A DNA stretch of 64,000 bases from an uncultured Planctomycetia bacterium (GTDB lineage Bacteria > Omnitrophota > Gorgyraeia > 2-02-FULL-51-18 > JAGOUK01). The notes beneath the pieces were generated by a model. It saw nothing but the letters and a program-made list of their open reading frames with translations, was not told the DNA's origin and did not search any database. Both the position numbers and the translations under genes were made by a program. This document shows positions 35,946-48,908 of the stretch, in pieces; position 1 is the stretch's first letter; each line of letters begins with the position of its first letter. The DNA lies in NCBI GenBank assembly GCA_964430735.1, contig CAYSFB010000001.1, positions 60,082 to 124,081 on the forward strand, read 5' to 3'.

Positions 35946-38213
35946 TCATGACCGGATCCTTTTTTTGAGCGCCCCGGCGATCAGCAGCGCGAGCGCCATC
36001 AAGCTGATGCCGAGTCCGATCCAGAAGCGCATCGGCCGATATTCCGCCGTCACCTCATGCGTCCCTGCCGGGACCGGGATCGAAACGAACCCGTCCTGCC
36101 GGACATCCGACGCAGCCATCGCAACTGATTTTCCGTCGATCCGTGCAACCCATCCGGAATCCCAGGGCTTACCGGAACCGACGGCGTTCTCCGAGATTAC
36201 GATCCGATCCGCCCGATCCAGATCGGCCGCGATCCGATAAAACCCCGGCCGGCTCTCCAGAACTTCAAGACCGTTTCCGGCGGCGGCCGGATCCGACGCA
36301 CTGCCGCGATACACGCGCGGCCACGGATCCGGGTGCTCGTAAAGGACCGTTCCCGCTATTGGGGTCTCGATACGCTTCCAGGGCCCGGAATCCGGTAAAG
36401 GCTCCTTGCTCATCAAGAATCGCACATTCAAACGGGCCAGTCGCTCCGCTTCTTTCACCGGAACTTCGTAAGACACGGCGCGGACTCCCGTCGAATCGTC
36501 GACCGCGCCCAGCCCGTCGACGGTCCTGGAATACGAAGAAAGAGCCAGCGGCGTGTAAACGCCGACGCTCGGATAACCGGCGATCAGATTCGAGTTGGGG
36601 ATCCAATCGGGAGGACTCATGGGGTCGCGGATGAATTCATAAGCCCGATGCCCGCCGCCGGCGCGCAGTACTTCGAAGACGGCCGCGTCCGGCCGCAAAG
36701 TCGATGCCGGCACGCGGTTTCCTCGGAATCCGGACCCGACCCAACTGAACCAAAACAGGTCCGCCAGGACCAACAGCAGCCCGAACACGCGGACCCGCTT
36801 CCAGGCGGCGGCCGACATCCATGGCCGCTGCATCCAAAACCAGACCAAGACGCCCGCAAAAACCGCAAAGACGCAGATCACGTAATAATTCGACAGACTG
36901 GTCCGCTCGGTCAGGATGCCGATCAAACCGGAAATACGCGACAAGTAATTCTCCATCGAGTGGGGATGTCCGGCCTTTCCGTATACATCGGAGCGCACAT
37001 ACGCCTCCGCCCAACTCCGGATCGCCGGTTCCGCCCAACGCGCCGCCGCATACCCGGCGGCCCACACGACCGGGATCGACCCCAGCACCGCGGCCGTCAC
37101 AACCGTTTTGGCCCGGCGCGCGCCGTCTTTCCACCACGCCCCCCATCCCAACCCGGCCAAAAGCGCCAGTCCCAGGGTCGCGATCACCGCCCATTTGGAC
37201 GAGGCGCGGAACGAATAGAGCTCCAGACTGCGCACGATCGCCACGTACAGCGGATTCCACTTGCCGAGCGCGAGGAACAAAGCACCTGCCGTGATCACCG
37301 TCAGCGCGCGGACCGCGGCGTCTTTCCTTGATCTCCAAGCGGCATAAAAAGCGAGCATGAGCGGCAAAATGCCGATGTAGAGATCCGAACCCCAGAAGCC
37401 CAGGCTCGGCATCACAAGCGTCGAGAGATTCGCGGGGTGCAGGGATTTTTGGAGCGCGAATTCAAGCCCTGTCTGGCTGCGGGCGCTCATGGCCGCAAGC
37501 TCCAGCGTCGGCAGCATCTGGGCGGATCCGGCCAACAGTCCCGCCGTGAGCGCGAAGGCGCCGAATCCAGCCGCGGCGGGCCGGCGCAGAAGGACATAAC
37601 CGCCGGCGAAGACAGATGCGTACAGCGCCATCTGAGGAAAGCCCCCGACCCACAACAACGCACTCGCGATCCCGAGCTTGCAAGCCTTGCCCCATCCCGG
37701 CCGGGCGCACAGCGCTTCCGCGCGGTCCAACACCAACGGCAGCCAGGCCAGCACCCATAGCGACGCGTTCCCCCACACCAATCCGGCGTAAGCGCTGCCG
37801 TAACAATAGACCCACGCCGCCAGGATCCCGGAAGAGAACGGCTGATCGAGCCGCCGCAAAAGACAGCAAACAAACCAGCCCGCCGCAAAAAAAGCCGCCA
37901 AGAATCCCAGCGGATAACCCCACTCGATCGGCAACAATCCGTACAGGATCCACTTGAGGGGCTGAAGCGCCCCGGCCTGCCCTTCCGCCAGCAGAGGAAA
38001 TCCGCAGCCGATATCCGGCGACCAAAAGGGCAGCGTCAGACGCTTGAGCGCCCGGGCCAGCTCCAGCGCCCAAGGGTAATACTGCGCGCGGTAGTCGCCG
38101 TAAAAAAATCCCCGCCCCTGGAAGATCATGTCGGAGAAAAATACGAAGAACGGCAGGATCAGCGCCGCTGCCGATTTGAGGGACCAGCCCATGTCTCCCC
38201 GGCTGCGACTCAT
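35946..38213 (-). CDS. YfhO-family membrane protein (GT-C type glycosyltransferase)
   Basis: 755 aa. The N-terminal YfhO-like block is GFFYGDYRAQYYPWALELARALKRLTLPFWSPDIGCGFPLLAEGQ. Many TM helices and a C-terminal periplasmic domain. Confidence 0.55.
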   Translation of the reverse strand: MSRSRGDMGWSLKSAAALILPFFVFFSDMIFQGRGFFYGDYRAQYYPWALELARALKRLTLPFWSPDIGCGFPLLAEGQAGALQPLKWILYGLLPIEWGYPLGFLAAFFAAGWFVCCLLRRLDQPFSSGILAAWVYCYGSAYAGLVWGNASLWVLAWLPLVLDRAEALCARPGWGKACKLGIASALLWVGGFPQMALYASVFAGGYVLLRRPAAAGFGAFALTAGLLAGSAQMLPTLELAAMSARSQTGLEFALQKSLHPANLSTLVMPSLGFWGSDLYIGILPLMLAFYAAWRSRKDAAVRALTVITAGALFLALGKWNPLYVAIVRSLELYSFRASSKWAVIATLGLALLAGLGWGAWWKDGARRAKTVVTAAVLGSIPVVWAAGYAAARWAEPAIRSWAEAYVRSDVYGKAGHPHSMENYLSRISGLIGILTERTSLSNYYVICVFAVFAGVLVWFWMQRPWMSAAAWKRVRVFGLLLVLADLFWFSWVGSGFRGNRVPASTLRPDAAVFEVLRAGGGHRAYEFIRDPMSPPDWIPNSNLIAGYPSVGVYTPLALSSYSRTVDGLGAVDDSTGVRAVSYEVPVKEAERLARLNVRFLMSKEPLPDSGPWKRIETPIAGTVLYEHPDPWPRVYRGSASDPAAAGNGLEVLESRPGFYRIAADLDRADRIVISENAVGSGKPWDSGWVARIDGKSVAMAASDVRQDGFVSIPVPAGTHEVTAEYRPMRFWIGLGISLMALALLIAGALKKRIRS

Positions 38214-39829
38214 AATTCGTAGATCTCCAGAACAGGTCCGAATCGCTGACGGGAAGCCAGTTCAGGCCAGGCATAAGCGGCAAAAGTAACGCTCCAGGAT
38301 TCCAGCGGCTTCACGCGCGAAGGGTCTTCGTAGGGCGAAAACCTCCGGATCAAACGCGCCTGAGTCCGGAGCTCCCCCCGCCACGCCGTCTCGCCCTCGG
38401 TTCCCTGATGCGCAACGACGTAACGGACGCCGCTCTTGCGCAACGCTTCCACGGATGCAGGTGCGGCGGGCCAAACACTGCCGAACGGAGGCAGCGGACG
38501 CTCTTCAATAAAACTCAAACGATATCCTTTTCCCGGCTCCGAAGCCTGATATTCCATCCGCGTCTTACGGTTCGTGGACGCGCGAGCCGGCTCTTCGTCC
38601 CATTGCCGGCGGTCACGCTCCAATTGCGGCCTGAGACGCGTGTCCGTGAACGCGATGCGCGTTCCGGGCTCCACATGTTCATGGATCCAGACGCGGGCCT
38701 GATCCCTCGTGTCGGGCGCGAGAAAAAGCATATCCGCCGTCACGATCTTGACCGCGCCGATCAAGAGGGTCGATGCCATGACGCAGGCGGCCAGCCATTT
38801 GTTCCGCCCCTTCCGTTCCGCCGCGGTAAAAACCATGTCCACACCCCTGCCGAACGCGAGCGCCAGGAACGGCAAAAGCGGCATCACATAACGCTCATGC
38901 GGCTGGCTGAAGCACATCAGCTTGACGAAAAAAAGCGCGGGAAACGCGTAGATCACCGCCGCCCGCTGACGATCGGAGACAAGACTCGTCACGCAGCCGA
39001 CGGCCGCGATCATGAGCGCTCCCCAACCGCAAGATTCGGCCAGCGAATATCCGACGAGGTGTCCAAAGGAAACAGGTCCTTCCGCGGTCGCCTGAGACGT
39101 GATCTCCGACCAGAAGAACGGAGCGTCCAAAAATGCGAACGGATTCAAAGCGGCGAAGGCAGCAGTCGTTCCCGCGAGAACCGCGACAGCGGTCGAGATC
39201 TTTCGCGATGCGAGCATCCAGGCGGTGAGCACCGCCGCTCCGGCCAGCAGCGCGTTGTACTTGGCCGCGGCGGCGGCGCCGACGGCGACACCGGCCCAGA
39301 AGGCGGGCCATTTTTCAGGCTTCTTTAAAAAATCGACGGCCAGACCGGCGCTGACCCACACCAGTAAAGTCATCAGAATGTCCGTATAGATCACATGCGA
39401 GTCCCGGGCATGTAAAAAATTAAAGGCTATCGCGGCAGCGGCCCACAATGCCGCGCGCTCGCCGCACCAGCGACGCGCCAAAAGCCAGACGACGCCGACG
39501 GTCGCGGTCCCCGGGAGCACGCCCAGCGCCGCGCGGCCGACCCAATAAAACCATTCCGGATGGCGGATGAACAGCGTCTCGAAGTCGGCGGCCGACCCGA
39601 AGATGCCGATCAGCTTGCCCAGCGCAAACCACCCGCCATAAACCAGGAAGCACAGATATGAGACCAGCGGTGGGATCTTAAAAAAGTGCGGGTTCAGATC
39701 GCCGGTCGCGTACATCAGCGCATGATTCACCACGATCGGCTCGTCCGCGTGATACATGCCGTACGTGATGCCGACTCCGCGCAGGAGCAAAGCCGCGGCC
39801 ATCAGCAAAAAAACGGGCCAATACTTCAT
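38210..39829 (-). CDS. GT39/ArnT-like GT-C membrane glycosyltransferase
   Basis: Start MKYWPVFLLMAAALLL at 39829 (ATGA overlap). PMT_2-like YHADEP loop and multiple TM helices. Confidence 0.55.
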   Translation of the reverse strand: MKYWPVFLLMAAALLLRGVGITYGMYHADEPIVVNHALMYATGDLNPHFFKIPPLVSYLCFLVYGGWFALGKLIGIFGSAADFETLFIRHPEWFYWVGRAALGVLPGTATVGVVWLLARRWCGERAALWAAAAIAFNFLHARDSHVIYTDILMTLLVWVSAGLAVDFLKKPEKWPAFWAGVAVGAAAAAKYNALLAGAAVLTAWMLASRKISTAVAVLAGTTAAFAALNPFAFLDAPFFWSEITSQATAEGPVSFGHLVGYSLAESCGWGALMIAAVGCVTSLVSDRQRAAVIYAFPALFFVKLMCFSQPHERYVMPLLPFLALAFGRGVDMVFTAAERKGRNKWLAACVMASTLLIGAVKIVTADMLFLAPDTRDQARVWIHEHVEPGTRIAFTDTRLRPQLERDRRQWDEEPARASTNRKTRMEYQASEPGKGYRLSFIEERPLPPFGSVWPAAPASVEALRKSGVRYVVAHQGTEGETAWRGELRTQARLIRRFSPYEDPSRVKPLESWSVTFAAYAWPELASRQRFGPVLEIYEL

Positions 39830-41592
39830 CGCGCCGCCGTTCCGGCCGAGATGCGGGCCGCCGCGCGCCGCGCATTCCCGCCGTCCGAATACGCCCAATA
39901 GAATCGCAGCAGGTCTGGCCGAACGTTCGGCAGCCGGCCGCCGAACGCTTTTTCCAGACATCGGTCCAGAGCTTCCCTGGACTTGACCTCCGTCACCAGA
40001 CCCGACGCCTCGCATCCCAATTGAGAAGGCCCGGGCGCGTAGTTGAGCAGGATCACCGGCTTTTTGAGCGCGGCCGCTTCGAACATGACCGACGATTCCG
40101 CCGTCACGACGACATCCGCTTGGGCTTCCAGCGCATGGATGTCCGACGCGCCGGGAACGACTTCCGTTTCGGTATCTCCGACAGTCTGCAGCCAGCCGCG
40201 GTAAATCGATTCGTCGTCATAGTGCGGCTTGACGACGAGGCGGGCGCCCGCCTGCTGCGCTGAAGCGGCCAGGTCCAGCAGATAGCGCTGCGTGATCTCG
40301 CGGGTGTGGGTTTCCGGGCACATGACCTCCATCACCGGAATCAGCCTCGAAAAATCGTACGGGATCGTCGTGCCCGCGCAATACAGGACGGTCTTACCCG
40401 GCTTCCCCGCGGCGGATGCCGGCAGCCCCGCCAGACGGTCGTATCGCGGCACGCCGGTCACGTGGAGGCGGGCCGGATCGAACCGCCAGCTTCGGTACAC
40501 ATTCTTCTCGAAGTCCGAATTGACGAGCGTGTCGGACGTTCCCAGATATTCCGTGATGCCGTCCAGATCGGCTTCGACCCGGTTCATCGGCACTCCATGC
40601 GACACCACGAACGACGGGATCCTCTCGAGGCGCGCGGCCAGCCAAAACGCGCGCCGGATCGACGTGTCGTCGTCCAGAAGAACCCCGGACGGACGCAGCC
40701 GCCGCATCCAGGAGCGGAGTCGGTTGAATTCAAAAAAGTCGTTCATAAAAGGACGCTGCCAGTTCTGGATCCAGATGGCGTTGGCCGACGCGGGTAAACG
40801 GAGCGTTCCAACTTCCAGCTGCCCGGCGCCCAGCATTGCTTCGGTCGGCGCAAAGGGACAGTCCGGCATGCGCCTCATCCTCATCACGCAATAAATCAGA
40901 CCGAGACGCCGGCAATTCATCCAAGCGGACGGGCGCAGATCCGTGTCGGCATAAACCAGCCGATGACCGGCTGCGCGCAGCGGGGCGAATAAAGGCTCCA
41001 GATGTCGAAAAGAGCCGGAAACGACCAGCGTCTTCCGGCTACCGGAGACCGCCAAGCGCGCTGCAGCCATCGCATTGCTGACCGGAACGAGTCCGGCCAA
41101 GAGCCTCCGGATCAAAGAGGCCGGAGCGGGCGGAGCGGGCGCCGGTGCCGGCAGGAGCCGCACCGTATCGGGTCGGCCCCGTTCCTCAAACCACGCCTGT
41201 AGACTGCGGACGAACATGAAGTCCGCCCCCTCGCACACAAACACCGCCTCCGGCAGACGACCGGCGAATTTGAGGTCCCACATCGCAAAATATTTGGCCA
41301 ACCGGATCAAGTCTGACCGCACGTCATAAAAATGGTTTTCAAGAAAAATATACTTGTCGGGTTCCTCCTCATGACGGCGCGACAACTCGACAAATGTCCG
41401 GTAAGCCCATCGGTTGATCGCATCGAACTGGCTCCTTAGATCGGACTGATCGAGCAGTTCTGCCGGACGGCCGGAGCGGCGCGACGCCTCCAGCGAAGCC
41501 CGGTCCGCGCACCAAAACACGTCGGCCGGCCCCGCTGCCTCGGCAGCCGCTTTGTATTCCGCTTCCGACGTCACGATATAGACGGCGCTCAT
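39826..41592 (-). CDS. CDP-glycerol glycerophosphotransferase-like protein (TagB/TagF family, GT-B)
   Basis: C-terminal blocks VLYCAGTT, LVVKPHY and DIHALEAQADVVVTAESSVMFEAAALKKPVILL resemble TagF LYAPTWR / KxHP / D(I/L)LITDYSS motifs. A KpsC/KpsS-type capsule transferase is an alternative assignment. Confidence 0.45.
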   Translation of the reverse strand: MSAVYIVTSEAEYKAAAEAAGPADVFWCADRASLEASRRSGRPAELLDQSDLRSQFDAINRWAYRTFVELSRRHEEEPDKYIFLENHFYDVRSDLIRLAKYFAMWDLKFAGRLPEAVFVCEGADFMFVRSLQAWFEERGRPDTVRLLPAPAPAPPAPASLIRRLLAGLVPVSNAMAAARLAVSGSRKTLVVSGSFRHLEPLFAPLRAAGHRLVYADTDLRPSAWMNCRRLGLIYCVMRMRRMPDCPFAPTEAMLGAGQLEVGTLRLPASANAIWIQNWQRPFMNDFFEFNRLRSWMRRLRPSGVLLDDDTSIRRAFWLAARLERIPSFVVSHGVPMNRVEADLDGITEYLGTSDTLVNSDFEKNVYRSWRFDPARLHVTGVPRYDRLAGLPASAAGKPGKTVLYCAGTTIPYDFSRLIPVMEVMCPETHTREITQRYLLDLAASAQQAGARLVVKPHYDDESIYRGWLQTVGDTETEVVPGASDIHALEAQADVVVTAESSVMFEAAALKKPVILLNYAPGPSQLGCEASGLVTEVKSREALDRCLEKAFGGRLPNVRPDLLRFYWAYSDGGNARRAAARISAGTAAR

Positions 41593-42344
41593 AACCGGAC
41601 CGGTATCCCCTTGGACGCCAGGAAGCGCTTCGCCTCCATGGGCGTCTGCTGAGTAAAGTGGAAGATGCTGGCCGCGGCCACCGCGCTCGCCCGCCCCTCC
41701 TGGACCGCCTGGGCCATGTGCCCGTATTCTCCGGCGCCGCCGGCCGCGATCACCGGGATCGAGACTGCCGAGGTGACCAATCGAATCAAGTCAAGGTCGT
41801 ATCCCGTCATCGCCCCGTCCCTCTCGACCGATGTCACCAGGATCTCGCCGGCTCCCATGACTTCCAGCTGACGCGCCCATTCCGCCGGCTTCTTGCCGGT
41901 CGGCCGGGATCCGCTGTGGCTGTAACATTCATATCCCCCGGCCGTTTTCCGGCAATCCATGCTGCCCACGAGACACTGGGAACCGAACCGCACCGCGGCT
42001 CGCTGTAGAATCTGAGGATCTCCGTAACAGACCGTATTCAATGCAACCTTATCAGCCCCCGCCAAAAGCAGCGACCGGATGTCGTCAACGTTGCGAATCC
42101 CTCCGCCGACCGTCAACGGAACGAAGCAATCGCAGGACCAATCCCGAATGCTGTCGATATCCGGACCGCGGCCTTCCTCAGTCGCGGTGATATCAAGCAA
42201 AATGAGCTCATCTACTTCCCGTGCGTTGTAGACGCGAATCGCCGGCAGCACCGTTCCGACGCGGCGCCAGCTTTCGAAGGCGACGCCTTTGACGAGACCG
42301 ACATTTTTCCACAGCAGCGTGGGGATTACGCGGGTCTTCAGCAT
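41589..42344 (-). CDS. HisF-like cyclase subunit of a glycan amidotransferase (WbuZ-like)
   Basis: TRVIPTLLWKNVGLVKGVAFE...ELILLDITATEEG (HisF TIM-barrel signature). Confidence 0.8.
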   Translation of the reverse strand: MLKTRVIPTLLWKNVGLVKGVAFESWRRVGTVLPAIRVYNAREVDELILLDITATEEGRGPDIDSIRDWSCDCFVPLTVGGGIRNVDDIRSLLLAGADKVALNTVCYGDPQILQRAAVRFGSQCLVGSMDCRKTAGGYECYSHSGSRPTGKKPAEWARQLEVMGAGEILVTSVERDGAMTGYDLDLIRLVTSAVSIPVIAAGGAGEYGHMAQAVQEGRASAVAAASIFHFTQQTPMEAKRFLASKGIPVRL

Positions 42345-42961
42345 TTTCTCAGGCCCAAAAAATTCCGGATCAGCTTGAAGCCGTTTTTTGAGCTCTTCTC
42401 GGGATGAAATTGCACGCCGTAGACCTGGTCGCGCGCGACGGCCGAGACGAACCCTCCGGCATAGGGCGTCGTCGCCAGCACGGAAGCCGGGTCCTCCGGC
42501 ACAAATTGATAGCTGTGCACAAAATAAAAATCGCTTCCATCGGCGACGCCTTCGAACAACGGGCTCGGCATTCCCATCCGGACCTCATTCCAGCCGACGT
42601 GCGGAATGCGTTCGCCTTCGCTGGGAACCATCCGCCGCACGGCGCCGGCGATCAGGCCAAGCCCTTCGCGCGGCCCCCCTTCCTCGCCGGTCCGGGCCAA
42701 CAGCTGCATGCCCAGACAGATGCCGAGGAGCGGGATCTGGAACTTTTCCACCGCCGTGCGGATGGATGCGTCCCAGCCACGCCCGGTCAGTGTGCGCATG
42801 CCGTCCGCGAAGGCGCCCACTCCCGGCAGAACGAGGCGGTCGCAGGCGGAGGCGGCGGCCGGGTCCGTGATGACCGTGACCGAGGAAGCGCCGCATTCCT
42901 CGAAGGCCCGGCGGACCGAGCCCAGATTGCCCATGTCGTAATCGATGATCGCTACGTTCAC
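42338..42961 (-). CDS. HisH-like glutamine amidotransferase subunit (WbuY-like)
   Basis: VAIIDYDMGNLGSV...LPGVGAF...GICLGMQLL...VQFHPEKS; class I GATase triad. Confidence 0.8.
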   Translation of the reverse strand: MNVAIIDYDMGNLGSVRRAFEECGASSVTVITDPAAASACDRLVLPGVGAFADGMRTLTGRGWDASIRTAVEKFQIPLLGICLGMQLLARTGEEGGPREGLGLIAGAVRRMVPSEGERIPHVGWNEVRMGMPSPLFEGVADGSDFYFVHSYQFVPEDPASVLATTPYAGGFVSAVARDQVYGVQFHPEKSSKNGFKLIRNFLGLRKC

Positions 42962-44124
42962 AGGTTGTCGTCGTTGACTTTGGTCAAGTTGCCTTTGCGG
43001 TCCTTCAACAGCGTCCCCTTCGCGTCCTTCATGAAGAGCTTCCGGTTGGTGAACCGGTCGCAGATCGCGACGAACTGGTCCACGCTCAGGTCCAGCTGCT
43101 CCAGGATCTGGTCCAGCGGCTTGCCGAGGTAACTCCAGGGAAAATTTCCGTCGTGGCGCTTGACGATCTTCATTCCGTCGGCGCGCTCGAGTCGGCCGCG
43201 TCGGATGTGCAGGCTCACCTGATCGCTGCAGCGGCTGTATCCGTATTTGAGGAACTTGAAGTAATCATGGATGCCCATGTAGTGGTTGTCGAGATTTTCG
43301 TAGCCGACCATCGCGCCCTCGATGTTCTTCGGGTACGACTCGAACCCGTAGCACTGGGCAATCAGCATGTTGGTCAGTCCGTCCCACGGCATGAAGTACC
43401 CGAGAAAAAGCCCGGTCACGCCGACCCGCTTCAGGTCGTCGTCGCTCGGATACGAGTACGCGATCAAATCGCGCTTGGTGAGCCCTTCCATGCCGATTAG
43501 ATCGGTGACGCGCATGCCCAGCAATCCGCCAAACTCTTCGAGCCAGCGGCGATCGAGCACCGAGTTCTCAGCCGCGACCGCCGGGCCGCCATATTCGTCC
43601 TGAGAATTTTCGCCCCAGATGATGAGCGGAACCTTGTATTTCACCGCCACGGCGACGGGGATTGTAAAAATACCGACGTGTTCGGGCCAGGAAACGTCGC
43701 CGACCTGATTCAGGCCGATCCGGGCGATCTTGCGCCGGACGACAGGATTCGGCGAGAATTCCAGCACATCGACCCCGAGCTCCTTGATGGCCTCGATGTT
43801 CCGGCGGCCGACGTCGGTGAATTCCCAGACGCGTGCGTTCACGACGAGCGGGTTCATTCCGTGCTCAAGCATCCGGAGCACCTGGTACGTGCTGTCCTTG
43901 CCTCCGCTGACCGGCACGACGCAGTCCCAGTCGCTGTGCTCGTTGTTCCGGTAACGGTCCAGCGTGCGCTCCAGCAGCTGCTTGCGCTGCGCCCACTGGA
44001 TCGCCGGGCGCTTGTCGTAGGAACGGCAGGCGTTGCACAGTCCCTCTTCGTCGATCCTGAGGTCGGGGCGGGTTTCTGGCATCACACAACGTTTGCAATA
44101 TCGGATCATGTTTCCTCCACTCAT
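42958..44124 (-). CDS. N-acetyl sugar amidotransferase (WbuX/WbpG/PseA family, PP-loop ATPase)
   Basis: N-terminal zinc ribbon CKRCVMP...CNAC and PP-loop VPVSGGKDS. Confidence 0.75.
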   Translation of the reverse strand: MSGGNMIRYCKRCVMPETRPDLRIDEEGLCNACRSYDKRPAIQWAQRKQLLERTLDRYRNNEHSDWDCVVPVSGGKDSTYQVLRMLEHGMNPLVVNARVWEFTDVGRRNIEAIKELGVDVLEFSPNPVVRRKIARIGLNQVGDVSWPEHVGIFTIPVAVAVKYKVPLIIWGENSQDEYGGPAVAAENSVLDRRWLEEFGGLLGMRVTDLIGMEGLTKRDLIAYSYPSDDDLKRVGVTGLFLGYFMPWDGLTNMLIAQCYGFESYPKNIEGAMVGYENLDNHYMGIHDYFKFLKYGYSRCSDQVSLHIRRGRLERADGMKIVKRHDGNFPWSYLGKPLDQILEQLDLSVDQFVAICDRFTNRKLFMKDAKGTLLKDRKGNLTKVNDDNL

Positions 44125-44852
44125 GCGGACGCTTTTTGCTGAATATGACAGTTGATCAGGTTCCAGGACGGATTTTTATTCAGGAGCTCGACGACGTCTT
44201 GCATGCCGAATTCCGGATTCACGGGATAAAGGGCGCCGATGATTTTTTCCATCAGCATAAGGTCTTCCCGCGTGTCGACCGTCCAACGGTGGGCGTTCAG
44301 ATCCTCCGGCCAAACGAAGGGGCGCAGCCGGAAGCGGTCGGGACGATTATAAATGAACGGGGTCACATGCTCGCGTTCGTACGCGTCGGCGGAGCGGTCC
44401 GCCTCGTCGAGAAGCCTGGCCCAAAAAACCTCCGCGTCCATCCCGCGGGGCAGGCGCCGGACCATCACATTCGACCCGTAGTCGGCCTCTGAAGCATGTT
44501 CAGTGAAGTCCCGCACGGTGGCGTCGACGATCCGGGGATCGATGATGGGGCAGTCGCCGCAAATCCGCACGACCGCTTCGGCCTGCGCGAGCCGGGCCGC
44601 GCCGATAAAACGCGAGAGCACGTCGTGTTCCGAACCCCGGAAACACCGCACGCCCGCCGCTTCCGCAGCCGAGGCCAGCGGATCGTCGGACGCGTTCACC
44701 GTCGTGGCCAAAACGATGTCGGAAACGGAGCTGCAGCGCTTCAACCGCTCGATCTCGTATGCGATCAGCGGCTTGCCGAGGATCGGCATCATCACCTTGC
44801 CAGGCAGGCGGGTCGATGTCATGCGGGCCTGCAGTACAATGACGGTCTTCAA
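44121..44852 (-). CDS. CMP-nonulosonate cytidylyltransferase (NeuA/PseF-like)
   Basis: The probable start is TTG at 44852 (LKTVIVLQARMTSTRLPGKV), giving a TTGA overlap; the ATG at 44822 is an alternative. It has the CTP_transf_3-type N-terminus. Confidence 0.6.
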   Translation of the reverse strand: MKTVIVLQARMTSTRLPGKVMMPILGKPLIAYEIERLKRCSSVSDIVLATTVNASDDPLASAAEAAGVRCFRGSEHDVLSRFIGAARLAQAEAVVRICGDCPIIDPRIVDATVRDFTEHASEADYGSNVMVRRLPRGMDAEVFWARLLDEADRSADAYEREHVTPFIYNRPDRFRLRPFVWPEDLNAHRWTVDTREDLMLMEKIIGALYPVNPEFGMQDVVELLNKNPSWNLINCHIQQKASA

Positions 44853-46295
44853 CGGCTTCTCCCCCGGCCGAGGATCCTCAGGACGGGTCCGAGCACCGGC
44901 TCCCGGCGTTCGAACCGCCACCAAAAAGGAGCCCACGCCGCCCAGACGGCGGAGCACTTGAGCGCGGCGTCGCCGATCACCGAACCGGTCGAGATCCAGC
45001 GGTCGGCCGCGAGAAAGGCGGCCGCAAAATAGCCGAAGATCGCCCAGATCCCGGCGTACCGCTTCCACAGCACGCCCGCTGGTTCCAGCTCCCCGAAGCA
45101 TTCGAAGTATATCAGCGTGAACGCGGCGGCGTAGGCCGCCGACGTGAGAAGAGCGATGGCCTCGATCGATCCGAATGTGCGGGCCGTCCAGGCGACGGCG
45201 AAGATCTCCGCGGTCAACAGCAGCGAGAGGGGCAGGATGAGCTTCCTCTGTTTGTTCAGGGTGAACAGGATGCTGGTCGAGATCTCGCCGGCGGCGATGA
45301 AGAAAAATCCGAGGATGAGGATCTTCATCGAGGGAACGCCGGGCTCGAACCGCTGCAAAAAATAATGCACGATCACCGGAACCCCGAATCCGACCAGGGA
45401 GATCAGAAACGGCAGGTGGTGCGCCAGAGCGTCGGTGAACCGCCAATACAAGGAAGCCGATTCGCCCGCGTTCCCGGTGGCGCCGTATTTTTCCTGCAGA
45501 TGCGGCAAGAGGATGATCTGGGCAAAACGGCCGATCGAGCCGATTTGCTGGACCGCCATCAAGCCGATGCTGTAGAAGCCCAGCGGCGCAAAACCGATGT
45601 AACGGGCGATCAGGATCGAATCGACGGTCAGGAACGTCGCGATGAGGTAGCCGACCGCGACCATGGGCAGGCCGGTGCGGATCAGGCGAAGGATGACGGT
45701 CGGCGACGGCCGGCGGCTCAGGTCGGGCTTCAGACAGAATGCGACAAACACGAGACTGGTAAAGGTCGCCGCCGATGCGCCGGCGAGCATGCCGTTCACA
45801 CCCGCGGCCCAGGCACCACTAAGAGCGAACAGCGCGAACGCCGCCATGTTGAACACGATGAGCGCCGACAGTGCTCCCATCCGCTTCTCGACCCGCAGCA
45901 GCACCACGCCCAGGCTGTAGAACTGGCTGAGCGCGGTCAGGACACCGGTCAGGGCGTAACCCGTGCGCAGCTGCCCGTCGGCATGCAAAAAGCCCGCGAC
46001 CGACAACACGATCAGCGAACACGCCGCGCCGAAGCCGACGAAGAAAAAAGCGTTGGACCGCAGCAGGTCCGCTTCGCCGGTTTTACCCGCGCCGCGGGCC
46101 TGCGACACCTCCCGCAGCAGCGCGTCCTTGACGCCGAGGTCCGAGTATTCGCCGTAAGCCGAGCACGTCTTGAAAAAAGTCCATTGTCCCGCTCCGGCCA
46201 CGCCGAGCAGAGACTTGGAGACGAGGCTCACGACCACGCTGAACCCCATCGCCAGATAATTGGCGCCGGCGTACCACATCGTGTCCTTGAGAAGC

Positions 46296-46312
<17 letters not shown>
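44849..46312 (-). CDS. Wzx-type oligosaccharide flippase (MOP superfamily polysaccharide biosynthesis protein)
   Basis: Start MSLKDRLLKDTMWYAG at 46312; about 14 TM helices. Confidence 0.6.

Positions 46313-48897
<2,585 letters not shown>

Positions 48898-48908
<11 letters not shown>

Noticed and set aside
39826-41592. Assigning the 588-aa GT-B protein definitively as TagF
   Set aside because: The C-terminal motif resemblance (KPHY, VVVTAESSVMFE...KKPVILL) fits the Glyphos_transf family, but KpsC/KpsS-type capsule Kdo-transferases share a similar fold and size. The call is kept as a TagF-like hypothesis and flagged for profile verification.
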